Notes: a model not told the origin generated them from the sequence alone. Shown: positions 1 to 13,439, counted from the stretch's first letter. The stretch: 64,000 bases of DNA from Eledone cirrhosa (GCA_964016885.1 OZ024759.1:35526001-35590000); one strand, 5' to 3'. Translations and numbers: made by a program.

Positions 1-682
1 GTGGCATCCCTTTTGTGGACATCCTTGTAGTTTGTGGTTGTTGTAACAATGATGATAATGATAATACTGTAAATAATAATGTTCTTAATAAGAGAAAAGT
101 TTAGAAGTAAAAAAAATTTATATTGTAAAGTGGTTGCAGGTTGTGAGATGTGCAACTTGGTTACCAAAAGAGTTCACAAAGGGGGAGATAATCAGTTTAA
201 AACGGTGGAAAAGTGAAAAATCTTTAAAACAGCTAATAGTTTAATTATTAGGAGATGAAAAAAGGAAAATACTAATTTGTTTTCTTGGTTTCTATAGAGA
301 TATATATATTTGTTTTATAGGGGTTTATAGAGTAATATAATAAATGTTGGTAATAGTTTATAATTATATAGATTTCTGTTTATAGATATATTTATATCTA
401 TATATATATATATATGTGTGTATATATATATATGTATAAAGCAAAGCATTCAATATATTATTTCACAATCTAATTTCTTTGACTGAAATTGTAATTTCCG
501 ATACCACTAGTTTCACTATATTGTTTACTTAAACTTAAAATGATATGTATTGTATTTTATCTCCTATTTATCTACTCATGTAGTCACTCTCTAATCTTTA
601 ATGAGCATATAAACTCACCAGTTACATTTCATTACACAAACAGCCCTTTACATAATACACTCAAATACACACAACTACACAA

Positions 683-729
<47 letters not shown>

Positions 730-733
730 TATA

Positions 734-765
<32 letters not shown>

Positions 766-2610
766 AGCATACATGCACACACGTTGGATATATTCAATTT
801 CTAAGAAGATACAACAACTTATTGTCTACTTTTCAAATATAAAATGAAAACTAATCTCAGATACATATTTTCTAATATATATATTCTATGTGTTTTTAAA
901 CATCTAAAAATTGTTTAAATAAAGCATCTAGAAGGCCCCGAGATGTTTCTCTACTCCCATTTTACTACAATAGGTGACCCAACAGAGAAACGCTCATATT
1001 AAGGACCAGATTTAACATAAAAAGAGGAAATTTTACAATAATCTAATCTAATCTTTAAAATATATATATATATACATATATATAAAGATTTAGTTCCTTC
1101 AGAAACATAATTTTAATTAAAATCCATTTAAATCCTAGTTTCACTTTCACTTTTCAGATCCATCTACCTTCCTTTTCATTATTACTCACACATACACACA
1201 AACACACACACAGACACACAAACACACACACAAACACACACAAACAACCAAAATTAGCAGCACACAGTCATTAGATTTCAGTCAATTAGAAAGTTCTTAA
1301 GAATTTGAGATTTTTAAATATATTTTTTGCTTTGCTTTAAATTGTTTTTTTAGTTTTTTTTTTAGTTTGCTTTTCTCGAGATTTTAAAAATCCGAACATA
1401 TATTTATTTCTATATGTTTTTTGTTTGTTTGCTTGCTTGCTTGTTTTTTTTTGTTGTTTTTTTTAAATACTTTTTGTTATTTTTATATAACCTTTCTCAG
1501 TATATAACGTACCAATGTTAGATATAGCTATCAGTTTTGCGGGAGAGGCTCACGATCACCTCGAGTTTCCTTTGATGTTGCTGAATAAGTTAAGCCTTTT
1601 ACTTTTCTTTAATTGTCTTAGTAGGCGTTGCTCCCTTAGTTGTGTTCTAACGGGGTGAAAGAAGCATCAACTAAGGGCTTTTAACGCAAGAGAGTGAAGG
1701 GATGAACAATATGGGCCATTAGTGCACGATCAAACATCACCAGTTACCTCAAATGCCTCCAGTTACTTGGAGAAATTTACTTTTTCATTTAAGTTTAAAA
1801 TTTCAATTTTTTTCAATTCCATTTTGGAAGGATTTTTTAAAATAAATTTTCAGAATTCCTCTTTGCCTATTTTTATTTATTTTTTTTCCTTTTGATAGTC
1901 ATTTTAAAAAATTCTTCTCTATTTCTGGAAATTGGAGAGAATATTTATAATTTTTTTATCCACCACTTTTAATAATTTTTTTTTTTCATTTAGAAGTTGA
2001 AAGATACAGATAATTTTTTATAGTTTTATTTTGTTGTTTTGTCGAATGTGTGAATGTATGTTTATTAATACTAAAGTCTGAATTTTTTTTCGTGTGGGTG
2101 TTTGAGTGAATGCAATAAATTATACAAAATCTATTCATCTAATCAGCGTTTAACTGTCACTAATTAATTTCTAAATGACCTGTTACATTTTTTTGTAATA
2201 TTATCACTATCACATTTACTATTATTATTTTCAATTAATTATTCATTATTAATTATTATTAACCAAGAATAATTAATAAGTACAGTTTAATAGGAAGCTG
2301 GAGATCACAATAATTCCTGCAAAGAAGGATTAAAAATCAATAAATCATTCAATAACAGCAAATAAATCAATCGAAGAATGGAACAAAGTATAACATTTAG
2401 TAGATAAATAAAGACATTTGATAACAACTTATTGATTAACTTGTATATATATATATATCTATATATATATATATTATGGGTTCATACACACACACATGCA
2501 CGCACACATACACTCACACACATATATATATACATATATATGCAATATATATATATATGTACATATACATATAATATATATATATAATATATACATATAT
2601 ATATGTACAC

Positions 2611-2649
<39 letters not shown>

Positions 2650-3105
2650 GTGTTTACATCATTTTTTTTTTCTCTTTTGAATATTTTATTAATTTTTTTT
2701 TAGTGAATTGACCAACTTTGTGGACTAAACCAGTGATGGATGGCGGGGATGGGGAATATAATTTATAATTTCAAAAAGAAAATAATTATAATAATGATAA
2801 TTAAAAATTAAATTTACAAAAAAAGAAATAACAGTTTTTCTTTTTGTTTTTTCATTCCTTTTGTTGTTTTTTTGGCAGAAAAAAACAATAACAAAAAAAA
2901 ACACATAATAAATAAATTTCTTCTCAATTTGATTTGAAATAAAAGATAGAAAGAGAGAGTGAGAATGATAGAGAGAAAGATAGAGAGAAAGAGAGAGATA
3001 GGTAGACAGATAGATAGGTAGACAGATAGATAGAGAGACAGATAGATAGAGAGAGATAGACAGATAGATATATAGATAGATAGAAACAGATAGATAGAGA
3101 GAGAT

Positions 3106-3144
<39 letters not shown>

Positions 3145-5630
3145 GATAGATAGATAAATAGAAATATAGAGAAAAAGAAAAAGAAAGAAAAGGATGAGAA
3201 GGAAGATGAGAAATAAATAAATAATAGTTATCAACAAACTCTTTTGACATCATCTAGAATGAACAACAAAAAAAAAACCTTGTTTTAAAAACCTCTTCAA
3301 CATGTACTGTACAAGATAATTTGACTTTGTCAATAAAACACACACAGGTTTCTTTTTCGTTCTGTAATATTTTGTTTTCTTCTCTTCCAACCAATCAATC
3401 TAAATAAAAACTACAGTTTTTTTTTCTCACATATCACTAAACTCTTTACTCGTATATTTATATCCTTTTTTCCAATATATATATATAGACATTGGTGTAT
3501 ATATATATATTTTTTTCAGGGGGTTTATATTTATATATATATATATATTTTTTTTTTAAAACACTCATTCTATTTTCTTTTAATCAAACAATCAACACAT
3601 CAATCAGTTTAGTTTAGTATTTAATACCTAGACTTTTCCTGTGTTTTCTTGCCTATATTATTATTATTATTATTATTTGTTCTTGTAGTTTTTAGTGTTT
3701 TAAAAATCTTTGTATAGATTTATTTTAATAGCTATAATTTTCTTATTTAATGTTTGCACTTTTATAATTTAATTTAATTAATTTAATTATAAATCAATCA
3801 TCCTTATTTCTGTTTCTTTTTAAATATTTATTTTTGTTCGTTTTGTTTGTTGTTTTAATTTTTTGTCTTAAAAATCCTTATTGATATTTTGTTTTTTTTT
3901 ACTAATTAATTACCATCAACAACTTTTGAGGAAATTATATTTAATAGCTGTTTTAATTGGCTATTTAGATTACCACTGTCAATCATATATCACTGCTTCA
4001 TGTTTAGAAATACTTGCTGTTTATTTAGTTCTTTTTTAAAATTTGCAGCATAGTTTTTGTATTATCGCTTTTTAAAGTACAATTTACAAGTTGAGTAAAT
4101 GGAGTTTTTCTTATATTTTCTAGAAAAATACCGTTTACGTAATTGTTTCCTTGTTTGATTCACTATTTTACCTGTCGGAAGGGTAATTAAGCTTCCGTTA
4201 TTTAAAAAAAATTTTATTCCTTTTTTTAATCTTAATTCCTTTAATAATTTTAACCAAATAAATTTAATTGCGAATTTGTATTAAAATTTAATCTTGCCTT
4301 TATTACTGTTATTATCATTATTATTAATATTATTATTATTATTATTGTAAATAACCTTTATAAAAGTTTGATATGTATATTTTAATTTAGTTATTATCAT
4401 TATCGTTATTATTTTTTAAAAAACTTTACACTGATTGTATTCCTCGTTATCGGCGCACACACCTTGCATGAGTCTATATATTGCCACCATGCTGTCATAT
4501 ATAAATATCTGCATGTAGCTTATATAACAAACATATAAGATGTGGCACATACATAATTATTTTTTATATTTTTTTAGTCAGTAACACATGCACAGCACCC
4601 TTGTCAAAAGGTATAACATCTCTGGTAAAGAATAGTTACAGGTATCTTGTTTTTATATATATATTTTTTACGTTTTACAAGGGACTCAGTGAGAGTTTAT
4701 AACAATGAACTTCATTATTTTTATAAGACATAATTTCATATCAAACTTTTTCACATTTGGGGTTTTTTTGGGGGGATGGGTCTTTTGTTGTATTTTTTTT
4801 TGCGTTTCTTTTTTTTAAAATTTTATTTAATAATAACATTTGCTAATGCCATACTTTAATCGCTAGAACGACTATGAATAATTAACTAAACGAGATTTTT
4901 TGTCATAGCACAGGTTTTTTTTTTTTAATATATATATATCTTATGGATCTTAAACAATATGTAACGCACATCGTTGCTCTTCTAGAATGTATCATCATGA
5001 TCATCACATCAAACATAATTCGTGTTATGGCATATAAACAGTTAGACAGCTTAGGCAGGCGTTTTTTGGTTTGGTTTTTTGGTTTTTTAAATACATAGTA
5101 ACAGCCTTATGAATTGCTGTACACCAGGACATAGAAATTAACAAAGAAATTTTAAGTGAATTCTTTTTTAATTAAGATTAATTTTTCATGTACTTCATAT
5201 TTTACAAAGGAATTTATTAGCGAGACAATTCTGTTGAAATTTCCCAATTTTGGGACAAACCATAAATTTTCCATGGTTTTCTTTATTTCTTTAGATATTC
5301 ATTATATATACTCTTACTGACTCCAACTGTTAAACACCATCAGTTTTAACCTTTCTTATTACAGAAGATTTCTATTTCCTGTTTACTATTATTTATAGTC
5401 TCAATTCAGATATAGAATTATTTAATCTTATCTATTAGAAGCATAACTAATTCCTGAATATATCAACTAATTAGTATCACTAATTAATAATATTATTTAT
5501 ATTTTTATTTATACTTGATCCCTTATTGTTTTATCTAACTTATTTTTCTTATCGTATTTTTGTAATATATTTACAACCTATAAATTAGTTTTTTTAAAAT
5601 ACTAATAATTTATAGAAGCAACTATACTGG

Positions 5631-5688
<58 letters not shown>

Positions 5689-6145
5689 ATATGTATATAT
5701 ATGTATATATCTATATATATGTATCTATATTATATATACACATACACACATATGTATATATGTATGTATGTATATATATATATATTTGTATGTATATATA
5801 TATATGTATATATATCTATTATATATAGATATATATAGATATATATATATATATGACACTAAGAAATAGATTTCAAGCTTTTCAAGTATTTATAAATTTT
5901 CTAAACAACTGTAATAATATTATATTATATATTAGATAGACAGACATACAGTGAAAAAAAGTATATCTTTAAAATATGTCGGATTAGGAGAGACTGTACA
6001 GTAAATGTAGACAGACATGGAATAGAGTGTACAGTAAAATAGACAGGATTAGGAAAGAATTGAGTTAAATAGGTTGTTTTGAAGTAAAGAATGTTCAGCT
6101 AAAACTGAGGAGTAAGTTAAATGGAGTTTGATGGTATTCAAGTGC
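1..6145 (-). other. Probable long 3'UTR / downstream region of syt1 (3' end not determinable)
   Basis: Follows the stop codon; very AT-rich; none of the SINE/LINE/MITE copies that fill the introns. Confidence 0.5.
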
Positions 6146-6331
6146 TTAATTCTTCTCGGGTACTTCTTGAAGAGTATGCCATTGCGCGATTGGTCGGCGA
6201 GGATTTGCCAACATGTCACTCCAATGACGCAGTTCAGTACCAGTTGAGTTACAGCCAAGGAAGGTTCGTCCAATAGGTTCGGAAGTCCCGATACGATCGT
6301 AATCAACGACCGTGATGTAAAGTGAGACTTT
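6146..6331 (-). CDS. syt1: Syt1 last coding exon ([21 protein letters not shown]...[13 protein letters not shown])
   Basis: tctttacag|AAA; TAA at 6148-6146; WHTL motif. Confidence 0.97.
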   Translation of the reverse strand, partial: KVSLYITVVDYDRIGTSEPIGRTFLGCNSTGTELRHWSDMLANPRRPIAQWHTLQEVPEKN

Positions 6332-6769
6332 CTGTAAAGATGACAAGAAGAAAAAGAAAAAAAAAAAGAAAAAAGAAAAGAAAAATGAAAGGTTTTTGTT
6401 AATGAAGATAAAACAATAAATTCTCTTTGGTTAACATTTTCACTTGAGATCTTCATAATATAAGTCAAATATTGGAATAATGTCTTTGAATTTTATTTTA
6501 TTAGGCAACATTTTGTGGTCCATAATGAAATATATTTACAGAGGTTCTATCTGGGGTCCTAATAATATGAAATATTACCCTCACGAAGCCGTCTTCCTCC
6601 CCCATTAACAAAAGTGTCCACTCTGGCCAGCTGGGTTCAAATTTTCATAATTTGAAATTAGTTGTCCATCGAGTGACTGGGGAAATGGCTGAAGTTGTCT
6701 GTTCTATTTCACTTGCTTCATCTCCTAAGAATATATATATATATATGTAATGTAATATATATATGTATG

Positions 6770-6814
<45 letters not shown>

Positions 6815-6823
6815 ATGTATGTA

Positions 6824-6861
<38 letters not shown>

Positions 6862-6862
6862 G

Positions 6863-6901
<39 letters not shown>

Positions 6902-7602
6902 ATGTATGTATGTAATATATATATATATATATATATATATGTAATGTATGTATGTAATATATATATATATATATGTATGTAATGTATGTATATATATATA
7001 ACAAAGAACGTGTGGTAAGGAAGCAGGTGGACCATAACACACCAGAGTTCGGATACTATGGTTAGTAGAGTGGGTAATAGTTTGGATCTAGCTGTCAAAA
7101 CGGGCGGAGCTCAGCCATCAGGGTCCTGGCACCTTTCCTAATATATATATATATATATAGGGAGTTACCAATTCAGACTAATAAGAACTTGATACTTGGC
7201 AAAGTAGAATGTACATATAGTGAAAACGTTTCAATTCATATAAATATATCATCATCATCGTTTTATGTCCATTCTTCCATGTTAGCATGGGTTAGACAGG
7301 TTGTCCTGTTGTGGGCAGTGTCCGGTCAGCTGACCTTGTCTTGCTCATATATACAAAATATGTTTAATATTTAATAAAAGATATGTTTAATAAATAAACA
7401 TTTTGAAAGCCCAGCTATGAATATTGAAAAGCTGATGGCCAGACTGAATGTTTGTTTAATTAATTAGTTTTATCAAAATAATTTTATTGTTAATCTTTGT
7501 TAGTTTGAATAAATACAATTTAAAAATAAATAGAAAAAAATATATATAAAAAATATTACAAAATTCTTACCAAAATTTAAAAATAAATTATAACCTTCAT
7601 AT

Positions 7603-7831
7603 TTAACCCTTTAGCATTTAAACCAGCCATATTCGGCCAGAATTCTCTCACCTCTTTCTGTTCAAACCGACCGTAACCAGCCCCTCATACTGAAATTTAG
7701 GTATTGTTCTCAAAATAAATAATATCGAAATCTCATAGATTCAATATTATGTAAGATAATTATGTAAGATAAAGCCTTTACTATGAAAATACAATAGTAT
7801 ATATAGAGTAATGGAAATGCTAAAGGATTAA
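7603..7831. mobile_element. piggyBac-like MITE (TTAA-CCCTTTAGCA termini); copies ~22865-23091, 23091-23298, 43031-43135, 60310-60582, 62472-62700
   Basis: ttaaccctttagcattt ... aaatgctaaagggttaa termini and a shared internal sequence. Confidence 0.8.
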
Positions 7832-8140
7832 ATTCTTAGAAAAATTTTAAAATAAATTGAAACCTTTATATTTAATTATGAAGAAAAAGAATTAAAAGTA
7901 AAAAGCCATGCAGTGCAGTTGACAGAACATCAAGTCTGCGAGAAAGGATGTTTTTAGAGCAAGCGGGAAATTTATTGGAAGAAATTTTTAAGAAATTTAA
8001 AGAAATCTGAAAACATTTGGAAGTAAAATTAATCATTGAAAGAAGAAAACAATTGTAACTGAAAACAGACGATGAGTTTTACATGTTGTACCAGTAACAT
8101 ATTGGAGTTCAATTTAAATTACACACACACACACACACTC

Positions 8141-8173
<33 letters not shown>

Positions 8174-8232
8174 TATTTTGTTTCTGACTTTGTTTAGCAA
8201 GATTCTTTATCTGAAAACGTGTGTTGAAACCA

Positions 8233-8402
8233 ATATTGTTATACTTTGGGAGGGTCATGTTGCCAATAAGAAACACACGCACCAGTTGCTTTCACTCCAA
8301 TTTATTATAAATTAAAATTTTTTTAAATTTATAATAAATTGGAGTGAAAGCAACTGGTGCGTGTGTTTCTTATTGGCAACATGACCCTCCCAAAGTATAA
8401 CA

Positions 8403-8406
<4 letters not shown>
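8233..8406. repeat. Perfect inverted repeat, 81-bp arms, 12-nt loop, between (TA)n tracts
   Basis: 8233-8313 is the reverse complement of 8326-8406; related single arm near 57680-57740. Confidence 0.95.
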
Positions 8407-8434
<28 letters not shown>

Positions 8435-8462
8435 GTATGTATATGTAATATACATATACATA

Positions 8463-8541
<79 letters not shown>

Positions 8542-8550
8542 GTATATATG

Positions 8551-8584
<34 letters not shown>

Positions 8585-8653
8585 TACACACATTCATACA
8601 TGCACACACACACACACACACATATATATACATATATATATATATGGTAACCC

Positions 8654-8749
<96 letters not shown>

Positions 8750-9097
8750 ATTGGGGGTTACCAGTTTAGATTAGTAAGATCATATTCAACGAAATACTCG
8801 GTACTTAAGAAAGTAGAGTGTATGTATTGTAAACAGGAATCAAACTCATGGCCTCACCACCACAAGTCCCCTATACTGGGCCACACCTTGTGGTGCTTTC
8901 ACTAGGACTGAAAACTGAAAACAAAAAAAACCTGTAAACAATGTTTTCCATGCTTCTTATACTGTACATTAGTTTTATTATTGTTACTATGGAATACAAC
9001 AAACTAATCTACGAAGGCAGGCAGACATAAAACAAAAATACACAAACACAGAGATTCAGTGAGATGCAACATTATCAATTGTGATATGTAATGGGAA

Positions 9098-9270
9098 AAA
9101 CCATCGGGGAAACCATCGGGCAAAACCATCGGGCAAAACCATCGGGCAAAACCATTGGGCAAAACCATCGGGCAAAACCATTGGGCAAAACCATCGGGCA
9201 AAATCATTGGGCAAAACCATCAGGCAAAACCTTCGGGCAAAACCATCGGACAAAACCATCGGACAAAACC
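9098..9270. repeat. 13-bp minisatellite GGGCAAAACCATC
   Basis: About 13 copies abutting an RTE-like fragment. Confidence 0.92.
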
Positions 9271-9532
9271 AACCAGCTGGAGACCCAGGATTGACCACAA
9301 GCAAGATGTTTGGATAACATACATGAGCTTGGATGGTCATGCCTTGGGATGCATCCAGATCAGTGGGAGATGGTTACTTCTGACAGGACCTACTGGAAGG
9401 AGTGTGTGAGGACTCTGACCCGCAGACATTTCACCGACTTCATAATAAGAAGCCTTCCTTCACACCTGCTATAAAGTTATATTAGTAAAGACTCAAATAA
9501 TTTGATTATTTTCAAAATGATTTGAGAACCTT

Positions 9533-10635
9533 AGACAATGTCTTTCATTAGAAATATGGTAATGAAAGGGTTAATGACATAGACAGTGTCTTTCATTAGA
9601 AATATGGTAATGAAAGGGTTAATGACATAGACAATGTCTTTCATTAGAAATATGGTAATGAAAGGGTTAATGACATAGACAGTGTCTTTCATTAGAAATA
9701 TGGTAATGAAAGGGTTAATGACATAGACAATGTCTTTCATTAGAAATATGGTAATGAAAGGGTTAATGACATAGACAGTGTCTTTCATTAGAAATATGGT
9801 AATGGACGGATTAATGACATAGACAATGTCTTTCATTAGAAATATGGTAATGAAAGGGTTAATGACATAGACAGTGTCTTTCATTAGAAATATGGTAATG
9901 AAAGGGTTAATGACAGAGACAGTGTCTTTCATTAGAAATATGGTAATGAAAGGGTTAATGACATAGACAGTGTCTTTCATTAGAAATATGGTAATGAAAG
10001 GGTTAATGACATAGACAGTGTCTTTCATTAGAAATATGGTAATGAAAGGGTTAATGACAGAGACAGTGTCTTTCATTAGAAATATGGTAATGAAAGGGTT
10101 AATGACATAGACAGTGTCTTTCATTAGAAATATGGTAATGAAAGGGTTAATGACAGAGACAGTGTCTTTCATTAGAAATATGGTAATGAAAGGGTTAATG
10201 ACATAGACAGTGTCTTTCATTAGAAATATGGTAATGAAAGGGTTAATGACATAGACAGTGTCTTTCATTAGAAATATGGTAATGAAAGGGTTAATGACAT
10301 AGACAGTGTCTTTCATTAGAAATATGGTAATGAAAGGGTTAATGACATAGACAGTGTCTTTCATTAGACATATGGTAATGAAAGGGTTAATGACATAGAC
10401 AGTGTCTTTCATTAGAAATATGGTAATGAAAGGGTTAATGACAGAGACAGTGTCTTTCATTAGAAATATGGTAATGAAAGGGTTAATGACATAGACAGTG
10501 TCTTTCATTAGAAATATGGTAATGAAAGGGTTAATGACATAGACAGTGTCTTTCATTAGACATATGGTAATGAAAGGGTTAATGACATAGACAGTGTCTT
10601 TCATTAGAAATATGGTAATGAAAGGGTTAATGACA
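9533..10635. repeat. 48-bp minisatellite, ~23 copies
   Basis: acagtgtctttcattagaaatatggtaatgaaagggttaatgacatag. Confidence 0.97.
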
Positions 10636-11039
10636 CAGAAATATAGCAATGGAATATGGTCATGATATAGACGGTGTCGTTGTTGGTGGTGATGAGCAAG
10701 GTGGAATATGTATCTTTGTTTAAATGAGACTACAAACTAAAACAAATAAGAACTACTACTACAACAACTACAACACCAACAATAACCTACACCCATGCAT
10801 CTCATATTGTGCATCATTTATTTTATAGAAATGTGGTGGAATACATCCATTGACATTAAACTACTCTACGAAGGCAGACAAACAGACAGACAAACTAAAA
10901 CACACAAACATACAAACATTCAGAAAAAAGGTGCAAGATTTTTTTTTTTTTTTTACACAGGTGTAATTTTTTCTACAGTCACATGGTAATTAAGGTAAAC
11001 AGGGGATTGTTGTTTCAGGGTGGCAGGATATGGTTATAC

Positions 11040-11173
11040 CTGTATTTGTTCAAAAGGGACTTCAAATGCAAACGACTCATTGTAGTATGGATTCAGTGTA
11101 CACTTCTTGATAGTGGTCTTCTTCTTCTTAATTCTTTTACCATTTAGCATCAGAGATATCTTAACATAAGGAT
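11040..11173 (-). CDS. syt1: Syt1 alternative C2B exon 7b ([45 protein letters not shown]); absent from the ORF track
   Basis: ctctttaatctag|AT ... CAG|gtataa; 134 nt, open, phase 1 to 0. Confidence 0.95.
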
Positions 11174-11621
11174 CTAGATTAAAGAGAAGCATAAGAAGAA
11201 GAGCAACGTGAAGAAAAACACAAAGAAGGAACGATAGACTTGTTCAAAGAAACGGCATGCATGAAGTGTTGGTTACAGCTTCCTGGATCAGCAGAAAAAA
11301 GAATTATATGGTTGCAATTGGATAAGGAGGTTATGAGATGAGATCATAAGAAAAAAGCTTTGCTAAGTATAAAAATGAGCAGATTAGAAAGAAAGAAAGG
11401 AAGAAAGAAATAAGAGGATCATAAATTGAGGAATTCCCAAGTAGCTGGAAGAGAATTCTATATTTATACAAGTATGTCTACAGAGAAGAGAGACAAGCTG
11501 ACAGTTCTTGTGGTTTATTAATATTTCTATAACCCACTTGTTAGTTGGATAAATAACGCCTGAGAAACATTTATATTTATATGCTTGGACGTTAAATGGT
11601 GATGATGATGATATATATATA

Positions 11622-11812
11622 ATAATTGTTTCTACTTTAGGCACAAGGCCAGCAATTACCCAGTGCATTACTGGTACCTTATTTTATCGACCCCGTAAGG
11701 ATGAAAGGCAAAGTCAACCTCGGCGGGATTTGAACTCAGATTGTAAAGGGACGTAACTATGGTGGAAAGCATGGCGTCCGACCCTCTACTGATTCTGCCA
11801 ATCCACCGCTAC
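11622..11812 (-). mobile_element. tRNA-head SINE family 1; further copies ~14197-14380, 32120-32400, 37922-38060, 38548-38697, 45087-45470 (two), 55038-55152, 62695-62850
   Basis: B-box GAGTTCAAATCC and shared core cctttcatccttacggggtcgataaaataaagtaccagt; (ATT)n tail. Confidence 0.85.
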
Positions 11813-12016
11813 AAATATATATATAATAATAATATGGAAAATGAAGTATTATTATACTCTGCTCCGAAGGAGCATAGAGTGCTCAACCGGCACACCGCCT
11901 ATGGACGCATCCAAGCAACCTTACTACATATATATATATATATTCACAAACCAAAGTATCGTCCTCTTCTTTTTCTTCGGTTGCAATGTTTTTCGAAATA
12001 TTTACTTCTGTGCCCA

Positions 12017-12091
12017 CAGATTGATTTTTTTTAGTTTCAGAAGATCCCATTAAGGGTGAAAGCAGCAATTCTTTGCTTAAACTTTAATCTG
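12017..12091 (+). ncRNA. Hammerhead-fold motif with non-canonical CAGAAGA core (family B)
   Basis: cagattga..agttt-CAGAAGA-tccc attaa gggt-GAA-agcag..ttgct-T-aaact ttaatctg; all three stems pair. Confidence 0.6.
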
Positions 12092-12483
12092 TTATTTTAA
12101 TAAATATTTGCTCTACGGTTCTTATATATTTGATATATAATTATCCTTATCGAGCCCTCTTTGGATTTTAGTCTTCACATTTATTATTATTACTATATAT
12201 ATATATATATATATATCATCATCATCATCATCATCATCATCGTTTAACGTCCATCTTCCACACTAGCATCGGTTTGGACGGTAATTTTCCCACTTGAGGC
12301 AAGATTGGTTGTCTTGCTCGCATAGGACTGTCTGGCGGGTTTTCTATGGCTGGATGCCCTTCCTAACACCAACCACGTTTACAGTGTGGACTGGGAGGTT
12401 TTTACTGTGTCACCTACACGGCCACATTACGGCGTGGACTGTGTGTTTTTTTTGCGTGACACATACATATATATATATATATA

Positions 12484-12591
<108 letters not shown>

Positions 12592-12755
12592 TATATATAT
12601 TACTCAATAAATGTAATGAAGGCATAACAATTCGTCCTTTTATTATTATATTTACACTCTGTTTAGTTCTACACCTCATTACAGATGGGAAACTACACAT
12701 CGAGTGCTCACCTGGGTGAACCTACAATAACACCTCATTACACTCCCTATATATT

Positions 12756-12808
<53 letters not shown>

Positions 12809-12929
12809 GTATATATATATATATGTATATATATATATCAAAAGGTATTCATTAACTTCTGGCAATAATATTGATATTCTACACTTTACTCGTCATCTCT
12901 GTTTATGTCCACACTTGTATGAATATTTA

Positions 12930-12983
<54 letters not shown>

Positions 12984-13305
12984 CACATATATATATATAT
13001 GTATACATATATAAAGACGATCATATATATATATACACACACACACATATATATATATGTATACATATATATCTATATATATACATATATAAAGACGATC
13101 ATATATATATATATATATATATGCACAAAAGCAATAATGTTACCCAAGAAAACAGATAGAATTATTAGAGAAAAATTTGAAAATAAAGTTAAGGAGCTGA
13201 AAAATGAAGCAGGAATGGCAAGCTGTTGGAAATATGGCAGAGACACCATGGTGTTGATGAAACCCTTAGAAAATAATGCAGATGAAGATCCCCAGTCAAA
13301 AATAC

Positions 13306-13439
13306 CTGGATTTGTTCGAAGGTTACTTCAAAAGTAAAGGATTCATTGAAATAGGGGTTCAATGTGTGTTTCTTAATAGTAGTCTTCTTCTTCTTCAATC
13401 TTTTAGTCCCCTGATATAAAGTTATTTTGACGTAGGGAT
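13306..13439 (-). CDS. syt1: Syt1 alternative C2B exon 7a ([45 protein letters not shown])
   Basis: cctttaccag|AT ... CAG|gtattt; 134 nt, open, phase 1 to 0. Confidence 0.92.

Noticed and set aside
9533-10635. CRISPR-like appearance of the regular arrays
   Set aside because: Head-to-tail units with no unique spacers, no cas genes, eukaryotic intron
9531-10649. 372-aa repeat ORF (and the 200-aa ORF at 33080-33682)
   Set aside because: A stop-free frame of a 48-bp satellite; no splice or codon evidence
13306-13439. Exon 7a as part of a separate paralogue or pseudogene
   Set aside because: No other duplicated full exons; same length and phase as 7b with intact splice sites, which fits alternative splicing
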